64,000 bases of DNA, from IMG/VR virus record IMGVR_UViG_3300034117_001582, positions 1 to 64,000 of that record, one strand, 5' to 3'. The notes beneath the pieces were generated by a model. That model was not told the DNA's origin and made no database searches. It was given only the letters and a program-made list of their open reading frames with translations. Numbering within the stretch: position 1 is the stretch's first letter; the number at the start of each line of letters is the position of its first letter. This document shows, piece by piece, positions 1 through 9,294 of the stretch. The translations under genes were made by a program, and so were the position numbers.

Positions 1-237
1 TTAGCCCGATGTCCGTTCAAAACAGCGGAAGTTATTTTATATTCATTATCAAGAATGAATGTTAGTTTTTCTTGGTTTGTTAATTCATATGGAACCACCT
101 CCATTCTAATAAACTCTCGGATCATATTTTTTATTTTATCAATTTGACCTGTTGGGTTTTTTTTTGAATTGTGGTCCATCACCGAAGTTTGATATATCGT
201 CCTACTTAAATTCATTATTTTATCATCAAATCCCATC

Positions 238-1188
238 TTAACTTATTTTTTCACCGATTCTAATTATACCTTCAACTCTTGCAATATTGTTTGAACAATC
301 ATCATGAGTTTCTTTTACACCATTTTGGATGATATCTTCAACACCATTAAGATTGTCGTAATCAACAGCACCCAAGTTCTTTACACCATTTTGGATAATG
401 TTATTAACCCTTTCATCACCATCTAACCAATCACCATCTTCGGTATGTTTAACACCATTTTGAACTATATTATCAACTCTACCATTACGTTTCCCACACA
501 TACTTTTGGTTTCTTTCACACCATTTTGAATGATATCTTCAAGTTCTATCAAATCATTCACACTCGTTTGGAAGGTATATTTAACCCCATTTTGAATAAT
601 GTCATCAACCCCAAGTTTAGTTCGCCGTAGTGTACTATAAGTTTCCTTCACTCCAGTTTTAATGGTGTCTTCAACTATTTCATTAATTGCAAAATGAGAA
701 GCCTTGGTGTCCTTCACCCCATTTTGAATGGTGTCTTCAACGCTGAGTAACTCCTTATATAATACACTAGAAATATCTTTCACCCCATTTTGAATGGTGT
801 CTTCAACGCTTTCCGATTCGGACAAATTATTATCCTGGGTGTGTTTCACCCCATTTTGAATGGTGTCTTCAACATATTGGTCTTGATCGAAAAATGGGTC
901 AAAAGCCTCTTCAACCTTTGGTATTCCCAAAAATCTTGACTCAAACCATTTTTGAATGAGGTCTTTATCTTCAACACAATCCAAACCAATTAACTCCATC
1001 TCATCTTTAAAGAAGTTATAGTTATACCATAGAGTTTGGTCCTTTGTAAATTCAATAACCCATTTATTCTCATTGGTAAAGATAGCCCATAGACTGCCAT
1101 TGTGATTATATCTATCAACCCCTTGACTTGCATCGTCAAACAATTTAAAGATAATTTTTTCTAATTTTTTTCCTGTTGGGTTTCTCAT
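238..1188 (-). CDS. Repeat protein: N-terminal globular domain plus 9 copies of VEDTIQNGVK separated by unique 12-13 aa segments
   Basis: 316 aa ORF; repeats visible in both protein and DNA. Confidence 0.85.
   Translation of the reverse strand: MRNPTGKKLEKIIFKLFDDASQGVDRYNHNGSLWAIFTNENKWVIEFTKDQTLWYNYNFFKDEMELIGLDCVEDKDLIQKWFESRFLGIPKVEEAFDPFFDQDQYVEDTIQNGVKHTQDNNLSESESVEDTIQNGVKDISSVLYKELLSVEDTIQNGVKDTKASHFAINEIVEDTIKTGVKETYSTLRRTKLGVDDIIQNGVKYTFQTSVNDLIELEDIIQNGVKETKSMCGKRNGRVDNIVQNGVKHTEDGDWLDGDERVNNIIQNGVKNLGAVDYDNLNGVEDIIQNGVKETHDDCSNNIARVEGIIRIGEKIS
314..873 (-). repeat. Regularly interspaced 29-nt repeat array (consensus GTTGAAGACACCATTCAAAATGGGGTGAA), period 66 nt (once 69), in frame within the CDS
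   Basis: Copies start at about 314, 380, 449, 515, 581, 647, 713, 779 and 845; the last three are identical; spacers are all different. Confidence 0.9.
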
Positions 1189-1204
1189 TCTACTGATGTT
1201 TGTT

Positions 1205-1417
1205 TTATTGTTCTTGTCGTTTAGGCGATTCGTTGTTTGGGATAAAGTTCACAGTTAATGTGACTATCTGTGTATCTTCTTGCTCAACCCATTCTACTGA
1301 GTCAACACTTACTAAATTAATACCCATTAGGTTTGGAAATACATCCAATGGAATTGGGCAGTAAGTATCATTCATTACCGCATCTTCAATTGTTACTTTT
1401 TTTGTTGTTGTTTTCAT
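1205..1417 (-). CDS. hypothetical protein
   Basis: 70 aa ORF in a co-oriented gene run. Confidence 0.6.
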   Translation of the reverse strand: MKTTTKKVTIEDAVMNDTYCPIPLDVFPNLMGINLVSVDSVEWVEQEDTQIVTLTVNFIPNNESPKRQEQ

Positions 1418-1520
1418 TTTTATTTGTTTTTAATTTTTATTTATATAACAAATATAAGATTCTTTTGAAGTTTAGACAATCGGTGTTTATCCCTATTTTT
1501 TATTTTGTCCTTATTATATT

Positions 1521-1769
1521 TTACAACATATACATATCATCACACCATATTGGTGTTTTCTCACCAACATAACTACCTCTTACATTAAAATCAAAATATT
1601 CAATTGCGTCATTCATATCCATACCCCCTACTATTAATATTTCAACACAACGGGTTACAGAATAGATTAACCTCATCGTTCCGGTATCAATACCAATTAC
1701 CGCATCATCAAAACCATCGGCTTTAAGAATCTCTTCATCTTGGAAATATTCAACAATTCCTTCTAACAT
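1521..1769 (-). CDS. conserved phage hypothetical protein
   Basis: ADGFDDAVIG...DAIEYFDFNVRGSYVGEKTP is a common small phage protein pattern. Confidence 0.75.
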   Translation of the reverse strand: MLEGIVEYFQDEEILKADGFDDAVIGIDTGTMRLIYSVTRCVEILIVGGMDMNDAIEYFDFNVRGSYVGEKTPIWCDDMYML

Positions 1770-1780
1770 AATTTAAATTA

Positions 1781-2143
1781 TTATTCAAATATTTGAATCT
1801 TGGCATCCACTTCTTTAAGTTCAGTCCAATTGCCAAGATATGTGACCGCCCTTACTTTTCTATTATCAATCCAAACGTATTCTTGGTCGTCTTGGATTCT
1901 TGGTTTGTCCATCACCAATCCGTGATATTTAAACCCATATCTATTTAACCATTCTTCCGTAACCAACCGGTCTTTGGATTCTCTTGCAGTAAAAAATGTT
2001 ATAACATTTCCTTCGTCGTACCATTTGTTAATAACCTTTAACGCTTCAGGATAAACTTCAGCCGTTTGATATAAATGTGAGTCTTCATTTTTAATGTCCT
2101 CACAAATTGTCCCGTCAATATCAATTAAAAATACTCTACCCAT
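1781..2143 (-). CDS. HAD-superfamily phosphatase (small, capless)
   Basis: DIDGT motif I, FTAR motif II, K...IDN. Confidence 0.85.
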   Translation of the reverse strand: MGRVFLIDIDGTICEDIKNEDSHLYQTAEVYPEALKVINKWYDEGNVITFFTARESKDRLVTEEWLNRYGFKYHGLVMDKPRIQDDQEYVWIDNRKVRAVTYLGNWTELKEVDAKIQIFE

Positions 2144-2176
2144 TATTCTACACTTACCCTGTTTAAATTGTATTTT

Positions 2177-2425
2177 TTATAATTGTGGTTCAACATATTG
2201 TATTCTAGCAGAGAACTCTTTAACAATCATATCTTGTGATTTACTAAATCTTCCACTGGTTATTAAATCAAAAACGACTTCCATACCATCATTAATAAAT
2301 GGTTTAGTTTTATTTTTTTCATGCCATTTTTTACTGTCATCACACAAACCATAATGTATTACTTCATGTCCCTTATCATAACGAACAACCCATTCGTCAT
2401 TTAATTTAACTAATTGTCCTGTCAT
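2177..2425 (-). CDS. hypothetical protein
   Basis: ORF, ATGA-coupled to upstream gene. Confidence 0.6.
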   Translation of the reverse strand: MTGQLVKLNDEWVVRYDKGHEVIHYGLCDDSKKWHEKNKTKPFINDGMEVVFDLITSGRFSKSQDMIVKEFSARIQYVEPQL

Positions 2426-2664
2426 TGTCCAACATTTTCATTTAATAACTCTTCTTGTTTATTTTTTAATTTAGACTCTAACGGACTAATTAAATTGTAA
2501 AAATGTTCTCTCCAATATTTTTCAATGCGTTTTGTTTTGAGTTGATTATCAAAATTACTAACTAACCTTTCAGCGGTTGTTGTTTGTTCATATGTCTCAC
2601 AAGAGTCAATTACTTTTTCAATCCATTTTGATACGTCCCCGTAGTGTTCACTTCTTTTTTCCAT
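2422..2664 (-). CDS. hypothetical protein
   Basis: ORF in gene run. Confidence 0.65.
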   Translation of the reverse strand: MEKRSEHYGDVSKWIEKVIDSCETYEQTTTAERLVSNFDNQLKTKRIEKYWREHFYNLISPLESKLKNKQEELLNENVGQ

Positions 2665-2687
2665 GTTTTTTTATTTATAGTTATATT

Positions 2688-3266
2688 TTAATCCCACCAA
2701 TGTCTTATCCTTTCTTTCAAGATTCTATGTAATAAATCGTGTGCCTTTTCTTCGTTATGTCTTGCCACCCAAAAACATAAATCTTTTTTATTGAGGTCAG
2801 GTTTTTCTTTCAACACTTTACGAACACTTGATTGGTATTTTTTTATGTATTCATCGTAATTTTCAGAAATTACATCTTGTTCCATTGTGTAGTATTCATC
2901 ATCCCCCTCAATTGGTTCAAATCTAAATTTTGATTCAGAGTAATCAAGATATTCAACACCATAAAAATCCTCATTAACTCTCTCAATCAAATTAAGGACT
3001 ATCGTCATATCACGATTATCACGGTTAATATCGGTATGTCTATTTGCGTTGATAAGTTCTTTTCTTTGGAACTCTATTTTCTTTTGTAAGACATTATAGA
3101 TGTGCCATTGATCCCAATCTCTGTCGTGATACATAGTTGGCATCCATCTGATAATGTTTTTTATACCGTCAATTAAATATCTTATTCTCCAATGTAGTTT
3201 ACCGTATAATGTATTTCTATCCCAAGCGGTATCTTTAGGTATAGGTAATTGTTTGTATGTTTTCAT
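2688..3266 (-). CDS. hypothetical phage protein
   Basis: 192 aa ORF, DRDWD...WWD pattern. Confidence 0.75.
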   Translation of the reverse strand: MKTYKQLPIPKDTAWDRNTLYGKLHWRIRYLIDGIKNIIRWMPTMYHDRDWDQWHIYNVLQKKIEFQRKELINANRHTDINRDNRDMTIVLNLIERVNEDFYGVEYLDYSESKFRFEPIEGDDEYYTMEQDVISENYDEYIKKYQSSVRKVLKEKPDLNKKDLCFWVARHNEEKAHDLLHRILKERIRHWWD

Positions 3267-3493
3267 TTTAAACTATCTATTGTGTATGGTGGATAAATTC
3301 TTACTTCACTCCCATCACTATTAAAGTAATACGCAGTGTCCCCATCAAACCCAAGTGTGTCGGTATACCATACAGCATCGTGCATTGGATTTGGACCAGA
3401 AGTCATCATATAAACTTTACCGGTGACTTTGTACTTGTATTGATTCCCAACACAAGAAGTTAATAATAAGCTAATCAATAATAATTTTTTCAT
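3263..3493 (-). CDS. putative lipoprotein
   Basis: MKKLLLISLLLTSC lipobox. Confidence 0.7.
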   Translation of the reverse strand: MKKLLLISLLLTSCVGNQYKYKVTGKVYMMTSGPNPMHDAVWYTDTLGFDGDTAYYFNSDGSEVRIYPPYTIDSLK

Positions 3494-3659
3494 TTTCCGT
3501 CGTTTTGTATTTCGTATAACATATCTTGCATCATTTTATTTTCCTGTTTTAACATCTCACAATTTTTGTGTTCTTTCAAAATTGAGTAGGACATTATAGA
3601 TCCTATTACGCACCCAATAATAATCCCTATTATTGCTGCAATTCTATTTTCATTCATTT

Positions 3660-3953
3660 TCATAATATTTCTCTTTTTACCATTTCTTCTTTATAAAGAT
3701 TAAACATCTTATCTTTTTTATTGTATCGGTACCTATGAAAAAGATATAAACACCAACATATAACTTGAATCAAATACCAAAAAAAATTTACACCAAGAAT
3801 TTCCAACCAACCAAGTAAGTTATATATAAATAAAAATAAACCAATAATCAATTGTGCTGAATTTTCTCTACCCATATAATCTAAGGTACCAATTAACTTA
3901 ATACCCAATTCATCATCAGTTAAATCCTCTAAATTATTTTTCACTGGTCTCAC
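3660..3953 (-). CDS. membrane protein (2 TM)
   Basis: two hydrophobic segments. Confidence 0.65.
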   Translation of the reverse strand: MRPVKNNLEDLTDDELGIKLIGTLDYMGRENSAQLIIGLFLFIYNLLGWLEILGVNFFWYLIQVICWCLYLFHRYRYNKKDKMFNLYKEEMVKREIL

Positions 3954-4365
3954 GCGTTATTTTATCCAAAATTGTATTTAATGTGTTTTGAATGTTTGAT
4001 TTAATTTCAGTTTCATATTCAATTCTTTCGTTTTCTACTTTGTCGTTAAACGATTTGATGATTCTTGAAGCATCATTGTTATTAAGGTGTATTACATAAT
4101 GATAAATGTGATTTGTAATTTCAAGTTTATTATAATCAATAATTATAAATAACCCTAAAGTCTTGTTAACAATATATCTTTTTTGTGAAAGTGGCGCGAT
4201 TGTAAATTTAGAACCTTCATGGTGTATTAATTTACGACAAATACCCATAGCCTTTTTTTCGTATCCATTATCTTCTGTATAGGTTTTAATCATATCATGA
4301 TTTCTAAACCAAATTTTTAATTTTACTCGCATACGTAGAAACATACGTCTGAATAATTTCTTCAT
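3934..4365 (-). CDS. hypothetical protein
   Basis: 143 aa ORF. Confidence 0.7.
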   Translation of the reverse strand: MKKLFRRMFLRMRVKLKIWFRNHDMIKTYTEDNGYEKKAMGICRKLIHHEGSKFTIAPLSQKRYIVNKTLGLFIIIDYNKLEITNHIYHYVIHLNNNDASRIIKSFNDKVENERIEYETEIKSNIQNTLNTILDKITRETSEK

Positions 4366-4422
4366 AGTTTTATTTTTATATTTAATGTAAAAGTATGAAG
4401 TTTAAACTAATAAAACAAATGG

Positions 4423-5076
4423 TTATTTAAATTTTTTGATTTTTTCTTTTAACCTCATGTCGTTAGCATGTCCCATCCACATTTTTTTAACAATCGGCCA
4501 CTCATCGTCAGGATTATCAAATTTCATTTGGTTTTCTTTAAACCACTCCTCCATGGCATCGGATAAGGATATTTTTTTTGTTTTTGCCCTCTTAATGAGA
4601 CCTCTAACATAAGCAGGTATTTCTTCGTTAGATGTTAAGTATTTAAAGTTGTCCTCACCATCTTCTCGGTCATAACTATATATAATTGACATATCTTCAA
4701 AATTTTGTTGTTCAATATGTTCTAATTCATGTTCAATCGTTTCTTTAACCTCAGCAACCAAATCATTCATATGTTTAGGAAAATCTTTAGGTCTATAGGT
4801 TATTTCAATATCTAATGATTGCATATCACTACCAGCATCAATAGAGAATGGGTGATTAAAGTCATTATCTTTAATAAACGAACAACTCATATCAAAATTA
4901 GCATAGTCCTCACCTCTATCGAATTGTATCCCTTCCACAACAAAGTCTTCGTCTTTTTTAAATTGCACTATTACAAGTCTAGATAATTTTAAAGATATCT
5001 CATCAGACTTACGTTCATTAATTAGGTTATTTTTTAACCTATCTACAATTTTTTCTATAATTAAATTTTTTAACAT
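4423..5076 (-). CDS. HExxH-motif (zincin-like) protein with leader ending LINE
   Basis: EHELEH...EIPAY; start moved to MLKNLII, just after a TATTTAT motif. Confidence 0.65.
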   Translation of the reverse strand: MLKNLIIEKIVDRLKNNLINERKSDEISLKLSRLVIVQFKKDEDFVVEGIQFDRGEDYANFDMSCSFIKDNDFNHPFSIDAGSDMQSLDIEITYRPKDFPKHMNDLVAEVKETIEHELEHIEQQNFEDMSIIYSYDREDGEDNFKYLTSNEEIPAYVRGLIKRAKTKKISLSDAMEEWFKENQMKFDNPDDEWPIVKKMWMGHANDMRLKEKIKKFK

Positions 5077-5131
5077 AATAATAAATATCAATTTAAATAA
5101 AAGTAGTATATTTGTAAGAAATAAAAACCCT

Positions 5132-5704
5132 ATGAAACACATTTTATCTTTATTATCATCTCTATTAGTATCAATTTGTTTATCACAACAATTAGATTAC
5201 ACATATTTTAATACTGAAAAAATGGATAAAGCAATGTTAAAAGAGTTTAACGAATATCGCAGTTCTTTAAATTTGGATACTTTGGCATATTCTGATGAAT
5301 TATTTAAAACCTTTTCAAAACCCAATTGTGTTGAAGTAACAAAGTCTTTATCTTTTTACCATCCAGATATTAGAAACACATGGTTCAATACCGATTTAAA
5401 ATTTCGTATCGCAAAAGAATCTTCAGTTAAAATTGGTGGTAAAATTATATCACATAGTGATGGTACTTACTGGATGGATACCTATGAAAACGCATTTAGA
5501 ACTACAAGAAGATTTAATACCTATGAAGAATTGGCAGAATATGCAATTTATACTTGGTCTATTTCAGATAAAGGTCACCGTGAAGTGCAAATGATGTCTT
5601 ATTTATCTATGGGATTACCAGGTATGTTTTCTTGTCACTCAGAATTAGGCACAAATGGTTATGTTTATATCTATATTAATTTTGTGAAATTACACAGAAT
5701 GTGA
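5132..5704 (+). CDS. secreted CAP/SCP-like domain protein
   Basis: signal peptide; FNEYRSSLNL, H, EN, W.IS..GH pattern. Confidence 0.6.
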   Translation: MKHILSLLSSLLVSICLSQQLDYTYFNTEKMDKAMLKEFNEYRSSLNLDTLAYSDELFKTFSKPNCVEVTKSLSFYHPDIRNTWFNTDLKFRIAKESSVKIGGKIISHSDGTYWMDTYENAFRTTRRFNTYEELAEYAIYTWSISDKGHREVQMMSYLSMGLPGMFSCHSELGTNGYVYIYINFVKLHRM

Positions 5705-6316
5705 TTAACATTCAAGGTGTGTCATAAGAACACCACCCAATGAGGTGGCATGAACTTGAAGATGATTAATTGATTCCATATCCAATTTTTTCTTACGTTT
5801 TGTATACTCTAAACCTAAAGTACCAATGAACTTATCGTCAATTGTCTTAATGGCAAATAAATATCCGGATTTACAATTGGTGTCCTCAGCAATATACTTT
5901 AAACCAAATGTTGCAATTGAATCATCTTTATAATCAGGAATCTCAATAATATCATTAGTTAACAGTTCATTGATTGATTTTGAAAATAAATTAACAGGGA
6001 TGTTGTGAAAATTACTTTGTACAGATGACACCCCATGATTAACCGTTTCATACATGATTGAAAACTTAGCCATTGATTTACCTGTTGGGTAGAAATTCCC
6101 TCCGTTATGAAATTGTGTTATCCACACTCTATCAGCATCAAACTCATCTTTAATGTGTTCTATTTTTGCGGTAACCAATTCACTAACCCTAAGTGTTTCT
6201 TTAACCATATCAGGTTTAACTTTTCTCTTATCCAACAAATGTTTTAAATATAAAACCCCTATTGGGCCGATAACCCCCGATATAAATGCAATTATAATCC
6301 CCGAAACATTTTCCAT
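5705..6316 (-). CDS. single-TM protein with GAF-like domain (possible holin or lysis regulator)
   Basis: N-terminal TM; ADRVWITQFHNGG and FIGTLGLEY GAF-like strands; adjacent to holin and endolysin. Confidence 0.6.
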   Translation of the reverse strand: MENVSGIIIAFISGVIGPIGVLYLKHLLDKRKVKPDMVKETLRVSELVTAKIEHIKDEFDADRVWITQFHNGGNFYPTGKSMAKFSIMYETVNHGVSSVQSNFHNIPVNLFSKSINELLTNDIIEIPDYKDDSIATFGLKYIAEDTNCKSGYLFAIKTIDDKFIGTLGLEYTKRKKKLDMESINHLQVHATSLGGVLMTHLEC

Positions 6317-6341
6317 ATTAGTAATAAATATAATTGATAAT

Positions 6342-6371
6342 AAAAAAACCTACCAAAAAGGGTAGGTTTTT
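6342..6371. terminator. intrinsic terminator hairpin
   Basis: AAAACCTACC-loop-GGTAGGTTTT. Confidence 0.7.
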
Positions 6372-6387
6372 AGTAAAAATAATTTGG

Positions 6388-6561
6388 TTATTTTTCTTTT
6401 TTATTGATTATTGACCAAATAGCCCCTGTTAGTGTCATTGCACCACCAATAATTTCTGTAATTGCCGCTTCATCAACAAGTCCTTTCATCACAACGATAC
6501 CACCAACGAATGTCAATGCATGTCTGATAATACCCATAATTTGTTCTTTTGTTAACTTCAT
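6388..6561 (-). CDS. small 2-TM putative holin (57 aa, not in ORF track)
   Basis: MKLTKEQIMGIIRHALTFVGGIVVMKGLVDEAAITEIIGGAMTLTGAIWSIINKKEK; divergent from endolysin. Confidence 0.75.
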   Translation of the reverse strand: MKLTKEQIMGIIRHALTFVGGIVVMKGLVDEAAITEIIGGAMTLTGAIWSIINKKEK

Positions 6562-6650
6562 TTTTAAGTTTTTAAAAGTTTATTTATTAATAAATATATC
6601 CAAATATTGAAATCGCAACTTTTGATATATTTATTGTAAACCTATAAATT

Positions 6651-7487
6651 ATGTTATTAAAAAATGGATCAAAAGGAGATGATGTAAAAAAACTCCAAGA
6701 AAAACTAGGTGTCGAAGCAATTGGAACGTTCGGACCTAAAACAGAAGCAGCTGTTAAAGCATGGCAAAAAGCAAATGGATTAAAGGATGATGGTGTCGTT
6801 GGTGATACTACTTGGTCTAAATTATTTGGTGTGTCAGCACCTGTGGCAACAGTAGTTAAAGAAGATGTGGTTATTCCTTCAGGAGGACCATTAAACCTTG
6901 AGAAGTTAAAAGGACACATTCCTGACTCAGTTATTGCACAAATTCCTGAAACCGCTAAAAAATTCAATATCACAAATAACTTGAGATTGGCTCACTTCCT
7001 TTCACAATGTGGTCATGAATCAGGTGGTTTTAAGGCAGTTTCAGAGAATTTAAACTACTCTGCGGACGGTTTAAAGAAAATCTTTGGTAAATACTTCCCA
7101 GGGAACTTAAATGAGTCGTACGCTCGTCAACCTGAAAAGATTGCCGCTCGTGTTTACGCATCAAGAATGGGTAATGGTGATGAAACATCAAAAGAAGGAT
7201 TTAAATTCAGAGGTCGTGGTTATATCCAATTAACAGGAAAAGCAAACTACACAAACTTTACCAAATTTATTGGTGAGGATTGTATTGCAAATCCTGATTT
7301 GGTTGCAACAAAATATCCTTTGGCTTCTGCAGCATTCTTCTTTGACTCAAACAAGTTGTGGTCAATATGTGATAAAGGAGCTGATGATGCTACGGTAACA
7401 GCAGTAACAAAACGAGTAAATGGTGGTACCATTGGCTTACCTGACAGAATCAAACATTTTAAAGAATATTATAATTTATTAAAATAA
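6651..7487 (+). CDS. endolysin: peptidoglycan-binding domain + GH19 glycoside hydrolase
   Basis: LKNGSKGDDVKKLQ/FGPKTEAAVKAWQ PG-binding; FLSQCGHES, FRGRGYIQLTG, VNGG GH19 motifs. Confidence 0.93.
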   Translation: MLLKNGSKGDDVKKLQEKLGVEAIGTFGPKTEAAVKAWQKANGLKDDGVVGDTTWSKLFGVSAPVATVVKEDVVIPSGGPLNLEKLKGHIPDSVIAQIPETAKKFNITNNLRLAHFLSQCGHESGGFKAVSENLNYSADGLKKIFGKYFPGNLNESYARQPEKIAARVYASRMGNGDETSKEGFKFRGRGYIQLTGKANYTNFTKFIGEDCIANPDLVATKYPLASAAFFFDSNKLWSICDKGADDATVTAVTKRVNGGTIGLPDRIKHFKEYYNLLK

Positions 7488-7674
7488 ATTATTTCTTTTC
7501 TTTATATGTCATTGCCAAATAAATCACATAAAGGAACAAACAGGTTGGAAATAAAATTGATAACGTTTCAGCTAAGTTCATAGTGGGGGTTTATTAATAT
7601 ATACGTAAAAAAACAAACAAAGTGGGTGTTAGTCCATAGTAGATTACCATCCGCTTTGTTTATTTTAGCATTCA

Positions 7675-7751
7675 TGGTGGTCCATCCTGGACTCGAACCA
7701 GGGACTTCAACATTATGAGTGTCGCACTCTAACCAACTGAGTTAAAAGACC
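7675..7751 (-). tRNA. tRNA with CAU anticodon, probably Ile2 (lysidine type), otherwise elongator Met; CCA encoded
   Basis: cloverleaf; anticodon arm CGACA-CTCATAA-TGTTG; T-loop TTCGAGT. Confidence 0.88.
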
Positions 7752-7940
7752 AAAAAATTAAAAAAAGTTTTTATAGAAATTTGTCCATCCATCAATTGCT
7801 GGACCCAACAAAACTATTGCTCCCATACAATATAAAATAGACACCCAATCAACATTAGTTTTAAAAAACTGATAGACACAAACTACACCCAATAGAGTAG
7901 TTAATATCCCAAAAATAGTATAAATGTGTTTTTTCATATA

Positions 7941-8216
7941 TTAATTTTTTAATATTTGTACTTGTTCCATAATGTCAGTAACCTCTTCAGGATTCAAGTA
8001 TCCAATCACATCATTTGTTACAGGTGTGTCGTAGGTTATATCACCATCTTTACCCAAAACGGCAATTTCAAATAAACCTTTCGTTCCGCCATATGAATGT
8101 GTGTGAGAAACAACAGATACCCCGTATCCATTTTCAAACACCATTCGACACTTCACACCAATTTGGAATGGTGCGTCTTCAATTTTTTCAAACTCTAAAT
8201 CTTCAAATTTTTTCAT
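7941..8216 (-). CDS. conserved phage hypothetical protein
   Basis: FENGYGVSVV...SYGG..GLFEIAVL pattern. Confidence 0.75.
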   Translation of the reverse strand: MKKFEDLEFEKIEDAPFQIGVKCRMVFENGYGVSVVSHTHSYGGTKGLFEIAVLGKDGDITYDTPVTNDVIGYLNPEEVTDIMEQVQILKN

Positions 8217-8303
8217 AATACAAGTATATAGATAACATTTTAATTAATCAAATATAAAAAAATCCTCATTATTATTGTAGATAACCATTTAATTTATCCT
8301 GTA

Positions 8304-8801
8304 TCATATCTTATCTCCCTTTAGTAAATTCTCTTTCGCCCACAACGGTTGTAAATTGGTGTAGTGACACAACTTAATAACCTCATCTTCCATCTTACCT
8401 GATGATATTGGAATAATATGGTCTATGTGCCACTCTCCGTGATTATTCCACGTCATACCCTCTTTAAATAAAGATTCCATATGTGATTTAACCACTGACC
8501 AATCCGCACCTAATATTGTATGTGCTCTTGATTTCTTTGTGTATCCATTTCTACTTAAACCTTTCCTTACACACACTCTCATTATCTGAATGAATCCTGT
8601 CATTGGATCTTCCTTTTCTTTTCTTCTCTTTCTAGCGACTTCATATGATTTCCACCACAAATCAAACACAGGGTCATTTTGTCTTCTTAGTTTGTTTCTT
8701 TGGTATCTAATCTTATTCTCACAGGTCTTACATTGTTTCCTACTATCTCTATAGTTAGACTTAGACTTCGATACGTTACAGGTATTACATACTTTATCCA
8801 T
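8304..8801 (-). CDS. HNH endonuclease with N-terminal Zn-finger
   Basis: two CxxC pairs; WHIDHIIP...HYTNLQPLWAKENLLKG. Confidence 0.85.
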   Translation of the reverse strand: MDKVCNTCNVSKSKSNYRDSRKQCKTCENKIRYQRNKLRRQNDPVFDLWWKSYEVARKRRKEKEDPMTGFIQIMRVCVRKGLSRNGYTKKSRAHTILGADWSVVKSHMESLFKEGMTWNNHGEWHIDHIIPISSGKMEDEVIKLCHYTNLQPLWAKENLLKGDKI

Positions 8802-8869
8802 ACCACAAAGATAAACATAATTTTTATATAAACAAAAAATCCACCACTATTATGTGAATCATATTTATG

Positions 8870-8966
8870 TAGTCAGGACAGGAATCGAACCTGTTATCCC
8901 CCATTTGGATGCCTACTCCACCATCGGTGTCTCGGACTTGGTGCGTTATCCAACACGCCCCTGACT
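8870..8966 (-). ncRNA. tRNA-like RNA with intact acceptor and T arms but an expanded, non-canonical anticodon region
   Basis: AGTCAGG/CCTGACT acceptor; ACAGG-TTCGATT-CCTGT T arm; no 5-bp stem with 7-nt anticodon loop. Confidence 0.7.
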
Positions 8967-8974
8967 ATTTTTTT

Positions 8975-9050
8975 TGGCGGAGATTACGGGAGTCGAACCC
9001 GCTCCGAACGCCGTGACAGGGCGACATCTTAACCATTTGACCTAATCTCC
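8975..9050 (-). tRNA. tRNA-Asp(GUC), CCA encoded
   Basis: cloverleaf, loop CTGTCAC. Confidence 0.92.
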
Positions 9051-9222
9051 AAATTTATCAGTCTTTCCTGATCGTCACCCCTAACCCACAGGTATGAACC
9101 CGTATCGTAGTAAAGCTTGGTTGGCTATTAACACACTCTCAAACATTCTACTTCCCGCGGTACGAAATTTGTATCTTACTTAGCCCACCGTCAGCGGTAT
9201 GGGTACTTGAGTTTATGTGTCG

Positions 9223-9294
9223 TAGTCCCACCGGGAATCGAACCCGACTTTCCAGGATGAAAACCTGACGACCTAACCGATAGTCGATGGGACC
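9223..9294 (-). tRNA. tRNA-Glu(UUC)
   Basis: cloverleaf, loop TTTTCAT. Confidence 0.92.

Noticed and set aside
314-873. Calling the array a bona fide CRISPR locus
   Set aside because: It is in frame within a coherent ORF with codon-aware repeat variation, has no AT-rich leader and no cas genes nearby; kept as a finding only.
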